From: Amoebophrya sp. A120 | Lineage: Eukaryota > Protista > Dinoflagellata | Assembly (NCBI GenBank): GCA_905178155.1 | Contig: CAJINV010000004.1 | Coordinates: 5,868,828-5,932,827, forward strand | Reading direction: 5' to 3' | DNA: 64,000 nucleotides | Part shown: positions 25,501 to 36,721 of the stretch, piece by piece | Layout of the letters: each line of letters begins with the position of its first letter | Numbering within the stretch: the stretch's first letter is position 1 | Notes under the pieces: model-generated | Database searches by the model: none | The model's input: only the letters and a program-made list of their open reading frames with translations | What the model was told of the DNA's origin: nothing | Program-made: the position numbers and the translations under genes

Positions 25501-28500
25501 GCGTAAATCAGACCTAATTTCTTTGCTTTCTTCTTCTCTTCTTTTCTCTTTCCTTTTCTTTTCAATCGCGGCAAGAATTTGCTTGCTTTTCCTTGGTTTT
25601 CGGTCTTTTCTCTTGCTCGATCGATTTCTTGGCTTTTCCTTATCATCCTCTTCATTTTCTGAGTTTTGATCTATGAGAAACAGCGTTCAAAACTAGTTTT
25701 CAATTACACAGGCGCGCGCCCCACACCATCGGGGCTGCGTGCACACGCGCCAGCCCCGAGCTGTTTACGCAGGCACCCAACGCGCGAAAATGTGGGCCGC
25801 ATACCATCGGCGCTGTGTGTACACGCGCCAGCCCCGGGCGGATTACGTAGGCGCCCAACGCGCAAACGCGTGGGGCACCAACATGGCAACGAGGCCGCGG
25901 CGGCACGCCGATGGTTTTAGAGGGGGAAGAGGCGGGCCGGTTTGCTTTCTTTTTACTTTTCCCCAGCATATCAAGCAAGCCCCGTCCGGCCGTTTTCGCA
26001 ATGAGGCCGATGGGCTGAGATGCGAACCAGGCGAGCCGCTCTGGTTTTCTCGCTTTCCGCGAGCGGTGGACTTAGGTGGGGACAAGGCGAGCCGTATGGC
26101 TGTGATGCTGGACGTGCGCGCACCACCACAAAAGACGCGCGCCCCAAGCCATCGGGTCTGCGTGTACACGCGCCAGCCCCGGGCTGTTTACGCAGGCACC
26201 CAACGCGACAAAATGTGGGCCGCATACCATCGGCGCTGTGTGTACGCGCGCCAGTCCCAGGCGGATTACGTAGGCGCCCAACGCGCAAACGCGTGGGGCA
26301 GCAACATGGCAACGAGGCCGCGGCGGCACGCCGATGGTTTTAAAGGGGGAAGAGGCGGGCCGTTGGGTTTCTTTTTACTTTCCCCCAACATACCAAGCAG
26401 GCCCCGACCGTTTTCGCAATGAGGCTGATGGGCTGAGATGCGGGCCAGACGGGTCTAATTCTACAGCGCTCTAACATACAACAATAAATGGAAACACAAC
26501 GGACAGCCGGGCTGTGCTTTACAGATCGAGAGAGACTACCAACAAGATAGACAGCCGCGTCGTCGGGTTATGTAAGCGCTGCCAGACCGGGGAAAATTGG
26601 GCGCCCAGGAAACGGCACGAATACCATCGGGGGTAATGTTACCCACGACGGCACTGCGTCCGATGTTTTTTCTAGGCCTTCGCTGTTTTGGTCGGGTTTG
26701 CATGATGTGTGCCCTCGTTAATAGCTTTTTTTCAGCCTACCCAAAATCCCCACGAAACGCAACTTTTAAGAATCCGAAGAGACTCCGAAAAGACTCCGAA
26801 AAAGGCGTCGGGAAGATGCGAAAAAAAGCGACCGCCTTCATCATAGCAGGCGGCGAAATTTTCGGAGCGAAAAAATGGGAGGCAGTTTCGGATTCTTTGC
26901 GGAGTCGCGGATTTGCTGCACTCCGGAGACGCGGACGCGATACACTCCTTTGCGGAACATGAAATCGCCCGCGACTTCCAGAAAAGAAGAAAAGCCAAAC
27001 GGCTCGCCCTGTTCCCGCCTAAGCCCGTCGATCTTCTTGCGAAGGAGATCAGGGCTGGCCTGAGATGGTGGGCGGGAGAAAGAAAATGGCCAAACGGCGC
27101 GCCTTGTCCCCCTCTAAAACCATCGGCGGGCCGCCTTGATATGCTGCTCGCACTTTTGCGCGCCGGGGGGGGCGCCCCCATATCATAAACAGGCCGGGGG
27201 CGCGTGTACACGCCGCCCCGATGGTGTGGCGTCCGCGCCTTTTGTGGTAGTTGTTAGCGCACGCCCAGCATCACGGCCAAACGGCTCGCCTTGCCCCCCT
27301 CTAAAACTACCGGCGTGCCGCCGCGGCCTCGTTGCCATGCTGCTTGCCCACGAATTTGCGCGGCGGGCGCCTACGTAATCCGCCCGGGGCTGGCGCGTGG
27401 ACACACAGCGCCGATGGTATGCGGCCCAACCTTTTGCGCGGTGGGCGCCTGCGTAAACAGCTCGGGGCTGGCGCGTGGACACGCAGCCCCGATGGTGTGA
27501 GGGGCTGGCCTTTTGTGGTGGTGTGCGCACGCGCAAAAGCACAGCCATACGGCTCGCCTTGTCCCTACCTAATTCCACCGCTCGCCGAAAGCGAGAAAAC
27601 CAGAACGACGCGCCTGGTTCGCATCTCAGCCAATCGGACGGCCGCATTGCAACAAGGCAAAGGGCCCGCCTCTTGTTCCCTCTCTATCTAAAACCATCGG
27701 CGAGCCGCCGCGGCCCCGTTACCATGCTGCTGCCGCACGCGTTTGCGCGCTGGGCGCCTACGTAGTCCGCCCGGGGCTGGCGCGTGGACACACAGCGCCA
27801 ATGGTATGCGGCCGACGCTTTTGCGCGCTGGGTGCCTGCGTAAACAGCTCGGTGGGGCGCGTGTACACGCAGCCCCGATGGTGTGGGGTGCACGCCTTTT
27901 GTGGTGGTGCGCGCACGCCCAGCAGCACAGCCATACGGCGCGCCTTTTCCCCACCTAAGTCCGGCGCTCGCTGAAAGCGAGAAGCCCAGAACGATCCGCC
28001 TGGTTCGCATCTCAGCCAATCGGCCGCATTGCAAAAAGGCAAACGGCCCGCCTCTTCCCTCTCTAAAACCATCGGCGTGCCGCCGCGGCCTCGTTGCCAT
28101 GCTGCTGCCGCACGCGTTTGCGCGCTGGGCTCCTACGTAGTCCGCCCGGGGCTGGCGCGTGGACACACTGCGCCGATGGTATGCGGCCCACACTTTTGCG
28201 CGTTTTCGCTGCCATGTGGTCCAGACCTGCCGCGGGCCGCTTTTTGTGGACTGCGCAAAACGCCGGCAGTTCAAAGCTGCGAAGCGCTTTTTGTTAATGT
28301 TGCTGCGCCAACGAACCGAGTCGCGGCGGAGCGATTATCTTCTGAACTGCGAAGAAGCTTTCTCGAGTCGCTGCCCCGTTGTTTTTTGTCTCCACTTTCG
28401 GATTGTTGTCGTAATGTTTTCGGAGTTTTTCGGACGGCCTTGGAAGGGGGTGTGTTACGGGAGTAAGCCGGCGACTGTGGAGATCGTCGCGACTTCAATG

Positions 28501-29378
28501 GTATTCCCCGAGGAGGACGTGGACGTGGACGGCGACGGCCAGGAACCGATTCTGTGGTCGTTCGACTGTACGTCAGTTGATGGCGCTGCCGGTGCAACAG
28601 GATTTTTGAGACTGACACTCGAGGCGGAAGATGAATCAGGACTACCTCCCAATAAAGATGCCACTAAATTATTTTCAACACGACCTGCAGATCTAGTTGC
28701 TGCAGCACTCGCGGCGGCGGCCTGTTGTAGGATCCTGGACCTTGCCTCAGCGTACTCAGACACGACAGGCGGTGTCGTGGTGGCAATGGTTGTTGTGCTA
28801 GAAGTGGTCGCAGAATTCTTGGTAGTTGTGTAATTATTGGTACCACCTCCACTTGCAGCCGGTGGGACTTGTTGCTGTGCTTCATCTGCAGCAAGCGGTC
28901 GCGCATGACCACTATTGTGCTGCGGCCCTTTAGAATTCTTCCCCGGCGATGTTGTTGCCGATGCGAACGTCTTCTTGCCTCCCCCGCCGGCACCTCCAGA
29001 TGGAGCCCGAACAGGATCTAGTACTACCCCACCAGTCGCAGTTGCGCCGGTCGACGTCGTTGAACAAGACGACGTTGTTGTACTATTCGTCGTGGTCGTG
29101 CTAGAAGTTGTGGTTGTTGTTTCCACCAGCGGTCCGTTGCAACACGGACATTTATTCGACGGGTTTTTTTTCAACGTGGCGCTTTTATTCCCCCCGGCTC
29201 GCTTGGCGGCCTTCTGCAGGATGGCGGAAGCCAGCCGTTCCTTCGCGGAGAGCTGCTTCGGGGGGTGATGATTGTCTGGGTTATTGTTGTCCTTGTGATT
29301 CGAGCAACCGGGTGTGTTACAACCGGTACGCACGTTGCTTGAAGAGGTGGAGGAGGAGGTGGTGGCACTGCCGCTCAT
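10583..29378 (-). CDS. Very large (~3,000 aa) Ser/Thr/Gly-rich hypothetical protein (gene 2)
   Basis: ORFs 28455-29444, 18666-20804, 14532-18140, 11571-14036 and 10762-11307 join in frame across the 7.67-kb insert, four small introners and GT-AG introns (e.g. junctions TVAG|TVVQW and KMN|DAVGVQ). The last exon is inferred. Confidence 0.65.
11360..11575. mobile_element. Introner family C, 216 bp
   Basis: TSD cgttc/cgttc. Confidence 0.9.
14074..14234. mobile_element. Introner family A, 161 bp, with a 6-nt insertion in both TIRs
   Basis: TSD ccagt/ccagt. Confidence 0.9.
14315..14536. mobile_element. Introner family C, 222 bp
   Basis: TSD ctgac/ctgac. Confidence 0.9.
18134..18402. mobile_element. 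Introner family B, 269 bp, inserted at a splice acceptor
   Basis: TSD gtcct/gtcct (minus-strand AG|GAC). Confidence 0.88.
18406..18755 (-). other. GT-AG intron with degenerate introner-like interior
   Basis: GAC|GTATCC...TTTTTTCAG|GAC, phase 0; several gcatgacaaa/tttgtnatgc motifs inside. Confidence 0.6.
21301..25710 (-). mobile_element. Non-autonomous LTR retrotransposon (LARD-like), 4,410 bp
   Basis: 452-bp TG...CA LTRs at 21301-21752 and 25259-25710; 4-bp TSD ggcg; PBS at 25238-25256; G-rich PPT-like tract next to 21753; no intact gag/pol ORF. Confidence 0.88.
25711..26450 (+). repeat. GC/CpG-rich ~400-bp satellite, left arm (begins at ~21186-21300, before the LTR insertion)
   Basis: Recurring cacgcgccagccccg, gggccgcataccatcggcgctgtgtg and aggcgagccgtatggc units. 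Confidence 0.85.
26990..28205 (-). repeat. GC/CpG-rich ~380-bp satellite, inverted right arm (about 3 units)
   Basis: Reverse complements of the left-arm units (cggggctggcgcgtgg, ctctaaaaccatcggcg). Confidence 0.85.
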
Positions 29379-30286
29379 CTTGATCTTGTTGTGCCCTCGC
29401 AGGTAATAAACCACAACCTCAGGAACTTCGAACTTTGATATCAAACCATCTTATGTTTCACTTCACTCACTGTAGAAGTCTTCTACATGCTCTTAGGAGG
29501 AAAAAGGAAAGGCTTTAAGTACTTTATAAATTCAAATAATGAAATTCTATGTTATTTCGGGGCGATCGCAATCGGATTTGCTTCTGGCTTTTTTCTCCTT
29601 TGACAGCAACAAGCTGCTGCCTAGCCGCAGTCACGTGTTTTTCTAGATGCTACAAAGGGCCGCGCCGTACAAGAACGCATACAACTACGTGAACTCTTGC
29701 TCTTCAGAAACAGTTGTGTATTTGGCGGGGCGGCGACACAAGTGTAAGTGAGTCCCCCTGTTTGTTGCTGGTGATAAAGATAACTCGAGGCAACTACACG
29801 GACGTAGTTGACACATCTTTTTCTTGTTGCACAGGCCGGCCCCACGACGCTGCAAAAGGTGATCGGCTTGAAGTAGAAAAGCCAAAGCTACACGCGCAGC
29901 TGTTCCTTCATCAAGATCCAAGAACAAGCCGAGAAGGGAGCATCAAACAATGTCCCAGGGACAACAAAAATCCACCAAAGAAGATAATCTTCCGCTCATT
30001 GCGCATTTGGATTATATGAGCAGCTACTTCATCTTTGGATCTTCTTCATCTCCACGATCTGCACGAAGTTATGTGTGCAGCATATCATGCGGGTTCTCCA
30101 CTTTTCCTGCAATGTTCTTCTCGTGCTAGTTCATCAACACACTCTTGGCGTGTATATTTTTACTCACCACGACGACCTTTGAAGACCACGTTCGCAAAGC
30201 TGTGAAAAAAAAATGGTCCTTTTGCTCACCTCCGCCCAATTCAAACATAAACATTCATAACATCATCAAAACTACCCTCGTCCCTA

Positions 30287-33200
30287 CTACTTCCACACCC
30301 TTGCGAACGGCAGATACTGCTTCCCATCCGGGTCGGGAATGAGGCTGAAGATGTAGTTGTGGATTGAAAATATGTCTGGTATCCGGCTGAAAAAAACTAT
30401 CACTATCACAAAAAGCCACTTTTTGGCAAAAATTGATTTTTTTTTGATTTTTTTTGCGGCGCATTGGGGCTCGATCCTTGTGCCTGGTATATTGTTATTG
30501 TTGTTGCGATTAATGAGTGATATAGTTAGCTAGCTAGTGGTCGCTTGTGATGATTGTCATAGCTAACAGGAGAGCCGAAAGGAAGGCCGGGCCGGGCCCT
30601 CGCTCCGAAGGCGAGCTCCCGAACCCTTGGTGGTGCCCCGGCCTTGGCGGGTCGGTCCCTTCCGGCCCGGGGCGGGAGGCGGCCAAAAGGTGCGCGGCGA
30701 TCGCCACTCTCCCACCGTGTTTGAAAAAAACTATCACGCCACTTTCTGGACCTGATTCCCAGCTTTCAGACCTGGGCTGATTTGATGCTCCGGCGGTGGC
30801 GGGTGAGCTGCCTTCCGTTCCGAGGCTAGAGGCGGCCAAAAAGTGAGGCTCGATCGCCAGTCTCAGCTCGTGTTTGAAAAACACTATCACACCACTTTTT
30901 GGATCTGGCTGCCGACAGCCAGTCCTCCCCGGATTTTTTTGGTTTTCAACACTGCGCGCGCAAATTTTTTCAAGAAATTCAAAAACCCGGAAAATCGATC
31001 ATTTTGGCTGTGATAGTGTTTTTTCTGGCGGTGGTCCTATGTGGGCCGTACCGCCGTGTTTGAAAAACACTATCACACTTTTTTCCGGCACTCAAAAAAT
31101 ACCAACTTCACACCTTTTTACACTTTTTCTATAACAAATCGCTCAAAAGTGTAGTGTGGTAGTGTTTTTAAGCGCGAGCTAATGCTGCGAAAACACCGAA
31201 AATCAGCTCTTTTTAAAAATGCAAATCACGATGCTACGGCCCGGGTCAAAAAGGGACCCAAAATCGCCGTAGCGCCGTGGCTGAAAAACACTATCACACA
31301 CAAAAAAGCGCCATTTTTGACCTCCCCGGAGAAGAAAAATCAATGTGATTTCAAAGTGTGAGCACCAAAAAAATTAGTGCTTGCGCCATCACCAATTTCT
31401 GCCGGAGGTTGTGGCCTTTGGCCTAGCCCCCGGGGGCTCCGGATGTCAGACCTGGCCTTCGAGCCCCCAGATCCATCTGGGAGCAGGTCTGAGAAACGAG
31501 CCATAGAGAAGTCGCTCTTTATCCACCAAACCCACCAATTCCAGACTCGTCGTTAACGAGCATGGTGGAGACACGCTTCCGCGCCCTCATGGCGCTGGCT
31601 GACTGGGCCGCAACGAATGGGGAGGTAGCTCTCGCCGTCCTCAAAAATGTCCGGGATTGTGATGGTGGTGCTCGGTTGTCGGTGCTCACAACCTGCAAGC
31701 GTCTCAACCTGCAAGCGTCTTGCCAGATCTTTCCTGTTAGCTAGGTAAATCATCACAAGTGGCCACCAGTTACCTTCTGACATTCATCATTCCAAATCAA
31801 TCAAAACACTACTCAGGTCTTACCTTGCCGGCGAGAAAAAAAATGAAAAAATAATGCTGCTTCTTTGTAAAAAAAGTCGTATTTTTGGGTCGAAAAACGG
31901 CGCTTTTGTGATAGTGATAGTTTTTTTCAGCGCGATATCTGGGTCTGCGAGAATACAAACTTGTGATGCGCATTTCAGAACGTAGAAAAATATCTCATGC
32001 ATAGGTAGCAAAAGCTGCCCACTTTCTGTCACCAAAGTGGGGGGTTTGTCATGCGGATTCGGTATTGCGGAAGCTTCTCGAAAGCTGTGGCGCTAGAGCT
32101 TCCATGCCAGACCTTCTGTGTCATGCAAAAACAGCATGACTCTTCCAGACACAGACATATTTGCATTTGATAGTAGTAGGACAGCACGTTTCGACCCCCG
32201 GCGAAAGCCTGCGTCTGCGCGGCGGGGGGTAAGTTTCTCGGCGCCGCCTTCTGTTCGTCCAAGAACACCGAATCGGTTTGGAATAGCGCGTGAAACATGC
32301 TGCGGCGCAGGGTGTAGCCGCTATGCATAGCAAAAGTAGCCGTACTAGTAGGAATAGCATGACAAGTTTTTCCAAGAAGAAAAATAGAATTTGTAATGCT
32401 GATTCACCTAAGATGGAGGATTTGTCATGCATCACAGCAATTACCATGAGTGCGATACTTTTGCAATGCATAGCCGCGGAGGCGCAACCATTTGAGCAGA
32501 GCGGTCTCCTGCTTCTCGCTGTGGTCAAACAGAGTGCTGGTGAAAACCAGATAGTGGGGGAGGGACTTGTACGGGAAATTCTTAGGAGAGAAGTTTTTAC
32601 TGATGTGCGGAGACTTCTTTTGTGCTTCACCAGAAGAAGAGGATGTCATCGTCGTTCTCGCGGTACTAAAATAATGCGGCTGCCATTCGGAGTTCACGGT
32701 GATCAGAGTATTTTTCGCGGGATTTGCACTGCAGAAACTCCTCGCGGGCTGCCAGTCTGCATGCGACGTCGTCGTGCCACCCTCTATGGCGTTCTCAAGT
32801 GTTACATTCTCAACTGTTACATGTCAACTGTTACACAAAACCGCTATCACTTTTTACACAATCAAGCCTTTTTCGCATGACAACCTCTGTACGCGCTAAA
32901 TAGCACTGCAATCCGTCCCAAATCTGTCACGCAAAAGGCGCAACTTTCCCCCTTTCAGTTTTGCCATTCTTGCATCACAAATTCATGTAACAGTTGAGAA
33001 TGCAACAGTTGAGAACGCCATACCATCTGCTGTCGTCGTGTCTTCGGTCGGTTTCTCGAACAAAGTTTCCAGAACGGCAACCGGGTTGGCAACGAACCTA
33101 TCGCGCCAATTCTTGAACTGCTGGTCGCGCACACGACCGCCAACGCCTTTGCGAGCAGCAGAGCGACCGCCCGGCGAGGAGTTGATGTAAGCATTATCCG

Positions 33201-36200
33201 CTGGTGCTGGCGAGCAGTCCAGAAAAGCAAAGTTTGCCGCCGGGGTGGGAGGGAGGCTGTGCAAGTAGGAATAGAGCGGCATTTCGTGACAGTCGGTCGC
33301 GAAGAAGATGTTGACGGTTGAATTTTCGTTGTTCGCATTTGATGTTCTTGGTGCTGAAGCCGAACTCGTGCTCGATGCTGTTCTTTCCTTTACCATGTCA
33401 ACAAGATGCTCCCCGTCCTGCTGCCCCTTCGCCCTTATTTCCTTCAGAACCTGATCGGCACGACCCGACTCCGCTTCCACACACTTCACAATCTCGCCCT
33501 TTATCCGGTTTCGCGAACGCCCGACCTGGTCACACTCAGTGATGCGCTTTGCCGACAGCTTTGCCGCGTCCGCGTGCATGCGCCAGAGTTCGTCGCGGAA
33601 AAAGTGCAGCACCTTGTCCCCGCCGCGCTGGTGCAGAAAGCCGAAAAAGACAGCGCAGGCGATTTGGAAGAGGAACACGAAGAAGAAACCCGTGCGGCAC
33701 TGCCGCCCGCTGTTCCACATCCTGACGCCCGCCTCCGCGGCGAGGAGGTGGCAGACCCAGGTTACCGGCATGAGAAACCGGTGCTCCTTGTGACTCGCCA
33801 GGGAAAGCCCGAGTAGCGTAACGAAAAACGAGAACAGGACGGGGCGCAGGCGTTTCTTCGCGGTCGGGGTCGTGTGGCGCTGATGTTTGATGTTCCGCTC
33901 GTGGCTCGACTGGAAAAATTGGTTCTCGTTGTCCCGACTTAGGGTTTCATCGCCTTCTGCTTTGTCTTGCAGCTCTGTGGCAGAGGTAGTTGCGCCGGCG
34001 CTTTCTTCTGGAATAATTTCAATTTCACTAGTGCCTCCTCGTGCCGGAAAAATCTTGAAGAAACCGTACAGCGCCAGGGGCAGGTAAGTGGTCAAGCACC
34101 CACCGAGCCCGTCCAGAAAATACCAGTAGATATTGTGCGTGCCGTACGCTGCCCCTCCGTCCTTCAACAGGTTGAATACGAAGAAGTTGAGCAGGGTGTT
34201 TACGGGTTGGTGCTGCGAAGAGCCAGAAGTTTTATGATCGTGATCAAGATTATCCCCGTGTTCATGAAACAAGCGGTAGCACGCAGAGTCGAGGCACAGG
34301 CCGAACACCGAGTGGGTCATCGTGGTGATAATCGCGTACTTGGAAAATTTCAGGATGATGTTCGTTCCGCAGTCGGCCCGCTCGAGTTTCAAATCTTTAT
34401 CTACTTTCATCTGTTCCTTATCCTTGTCCTCAACCTCATTCATCACGAGCCCTTTCGAGGACGCATCGCTCCCCGTGGAACTAGTACCTACTTCGGGAGT
34501 TGTTGTGGTGTTGTTTTTCGTTTCATTCGCCAGCGCGACTTCCTTCGTACTTTTCGAGGGCGAAGCTTTACTATTTCTTTCGGCAACAGGACCAGAAGCC
34601 TCATCATCAGTTCTATCCTCCCCACACAGCGTTGCCACGACGAGATAGGTCCCCCAGAAGAGGTATCCTGTGCAAAAGTATCGCACTCGTATTGCAGTCA
34701 TGCATTACAAGTTTTCTTGTTAAGTCGAATCCGCATTATAGATTTTATTTCTCATGCTAAGGAAATTTGTAATGCATTTATACGAGTACGAAGATACGTT
34801 TGCAATGCATAAGAGGGCGGCCGTGGGGCGGACCACGCAGGCGAGAGCGCCGAGGAAAACGGCGAGCCCGACCTGTTTTTCGGTATGGGAGTGTCAGAAT
34901 TGAAATCGTCAAAGTTGAAATAGTTTGTGATGCATAAAATGGATGCCAGTTGGAACCCAGTTTCCAAGTGGCGCATGACAAATTTTGGTGATGCCTAAAT
35001 CCAGTTTGTCATGCTGTTTCGGCAAAGATGGCTGATTTTCTCATGCTACTTTAGCAGCTCGAGCCCTAACCCCAAACAGGCTTACAATCGGCCTCCCTTG
35101 CCTGCTCTGCAACACACGTATTTCGCTCTATGCATTTTATGCATCACAAATTATTTCAACTTTGGCGATCGCGATTTCAATCCTGACACTTCCATACTCG
35201 GCCTGAAAATGGTACACACCGGCGACCGTGAGGAAGAGCTCCAGGCAACTGCTGTAGGTCCTCGTGATCGCGAACCAGTTGAACCAGGAGAGCAGGGAGT
35301 ATCAAATGCGAATATGTCTGGGTCTGGAAACTTGTAATGCTGAGTTGTGATGAACAGTGTAGTCCCTGTAATGCAAAGCCAAGCATGAGATATATTTGCG
35401 CTGCTTACTGGTGCGCTTTCCGCATGACAAACAGCGTTTTGCATGCTAAGCCAAAGGGTCTCTTCTTGGACACGCATCACAAACTCTTTGGTCATGCCAT
35501 ACAAGCATGACAAAAATTGCATCCTTCCAGACCCAGACATATTTGCAATGCCTAGGGAGCACACCAAAACCATGTTGCACCGGAAGAGGTCTTTCTGGAA
35601 CACGTACTGGGCGAAGCGGTACAGGTAGTATTCCGTGAGCGCAGCAATCACCGCCTGCACCAAAACCCTTGGCCCGTAGGCGATCAGATAATTCTCCAGG
35701 TACGGAAGCCACGGCTGAGTTGTGGTCGCAGCTGCAACCCCGCCTGGTGCAGCTCCCGAAGATGATGACAAACTCGCCACCGCGCCGCCGAATAACATGT
35801 GGGTCCACCGTCGGGGTAGGAACATTCGCAGCTTGTATGACAGTGCACAGCCCCCCCCCCTACTTATTGCATGAACAGCGAGACAAACCACGCCAGCGAC
35901 CCTAAAGCCTGTGCATGACAAATTTATGTATCTATTGAGTAATAGCCGCGTTTGGGCTTTCGAAATGTGCCATGCATAATAGTGACGCAAGGGAGCAACT
36001 GGAATTGTGGATTTTGCATGAGAAATGAGAACGAGGGGGAGCTGTGCACCTGCACTCTCATAACGTGTCAGCTGGGAGCATGAAAAAGAAGTAGTACACG
36101 TTGGTCAGGAAGGACCACGGGGCTCGGAGGAACATCATGAGAACTCCTCCCGCTGAGTAGTTAGAATTGTTGCCACCTTCGACGTGGGAAGCAACGAAGT

Positions 36201-36721
36201 TGAAGATGTCCTCCACCTCGGCTGCGTAGGAGAGTACTCCGAAAACCAGGTGTACTGCCTTGTAATAGGCGACAAAAATCAGCGGGTGCACCCAATTCCG
36301 CAGCTGGTAGCAATTGTCCCATTCCCAGGTGTAGTGCCCGACGCCGAAGACCCACCGGTGCGCGATCTCCAGGCTTTGCCACTGCTCGTCTGGCGCAAAA
36401 CTCTATGGCGTTCTCAAATGTTACATTCTCAACCGTTACATTGATTTGTGATGCAAGAATGGGAAAAGTGAAAGCGGGGAGGTTGCACCTGTAGCACTGC
36501 AAATTCCGCACCGATTTAGGTGGTGTCTAGCCTTTCGCAAATTTGTCATGCGAAGCAGCTAGATCGTGTGGATGATGATAGTGCTTTTGCATGACAAATT
36601 CATGTAACTACGGTTGAGAACGTAACGTTGGGGAACCCCATAAACTCGTGGCAAGCAGTGCGCCATTCAGGCTACGCCACAGAAAAAGCAGGGAAAAAAG
36701 TTTCAGGCCGCTCATGGTCAT
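30287..36721 (-). CDS. PIGB: GPI mannosyltransferase 3 (PIG-B/Gpi10, GT22 family)
   Basis: After introner removal: FAPDEQWQSLEIAHRWVFGVGHYTWEW...LRNWVHPLIF, YGPRVLVQA, YGTHNIYWYF, SHKEHRFLMP, HQRG, CHEMPLYSYLH, FLDCSP. Ends LPFARVWK*. Confidence 0.9.
30358..32172. mobile_element. Introner family B (~252 bp) interrupted by a nested element
   Basis: TSD gtagt/gtagt; frame restored (VLSYY|IFSLIP). Confidence 0.85.
30380..31937. mobile_element. 1,558-bp non-autonomous TIR element with subterminal AAAACACTATCAC repeats
   Basis: TIR tatccggctgaaaaaaactatcactatcacaaaa / ttttgtgatagtgatagtttttttcagcgcgata; TSD tctgg/tctgg. Confidence 0.88.
32322..32472. mobile_element. Introner family A, 151 bp
   Basis: TSD gccgc/gccgc. 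Confidence 0.9.
32785..33022. mobile_element. Introner family E (TIR TATGGCGTTCTCAA...TTACATTCTCAAC), 238 bp
   Basis: Imperfect TSD ccctc/ccatc. Confidence 0.87.
34664..34811. mobile_element. Introner family A, 148 bp
   Basis: TSD agagg/agagg. Confidence 0.9.
34884..35196. mobile_element. Introner family D, 313 bp (opposite orientation to the 7802 copy)
   Basis: Imperfect TSD ttcgg/ctcgg. Confidence 0.88.
35300..35554. mobile_element. Introner family B, 255 bp
   Basis: TSD gggag/gggag. Confidence 0.9.
35836..36062. mobile_element. Introner family C, 227 bp, diverged
   Basis: Degenerate TSD gcttg/acgtg; frame restored (PADT|LRMF). Confidence 0.8.
36404..36642. mobile_element. Introner family E, 239 bp
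   Basis: TSD aactc/aactc; restores ATS|FAPDEQWQ. Confidence 0.92.

Larger units (their letters stand above)
20795..28466. mobile_element. Giant (7,672 bp) TIR element probably acting as an intron in gene 2
   Basis: Left end ttactcccataacgcaccccc...aaaaaactccgaaaggattccgac; reverse complement of right end ttactcccgtaacacaccccc...gaaaaactccgaaaacattacgac. TSD gccgg at 20790-20794 and 28467-28471. Confidence 0.85.

Noticed and set aside
25666-28297. Repetitive ORFs (YTRQPRA..., MATRPRRHADGF)
   Set aside because: Translations of a GC-rich satellite that is open in several frames on both strands.
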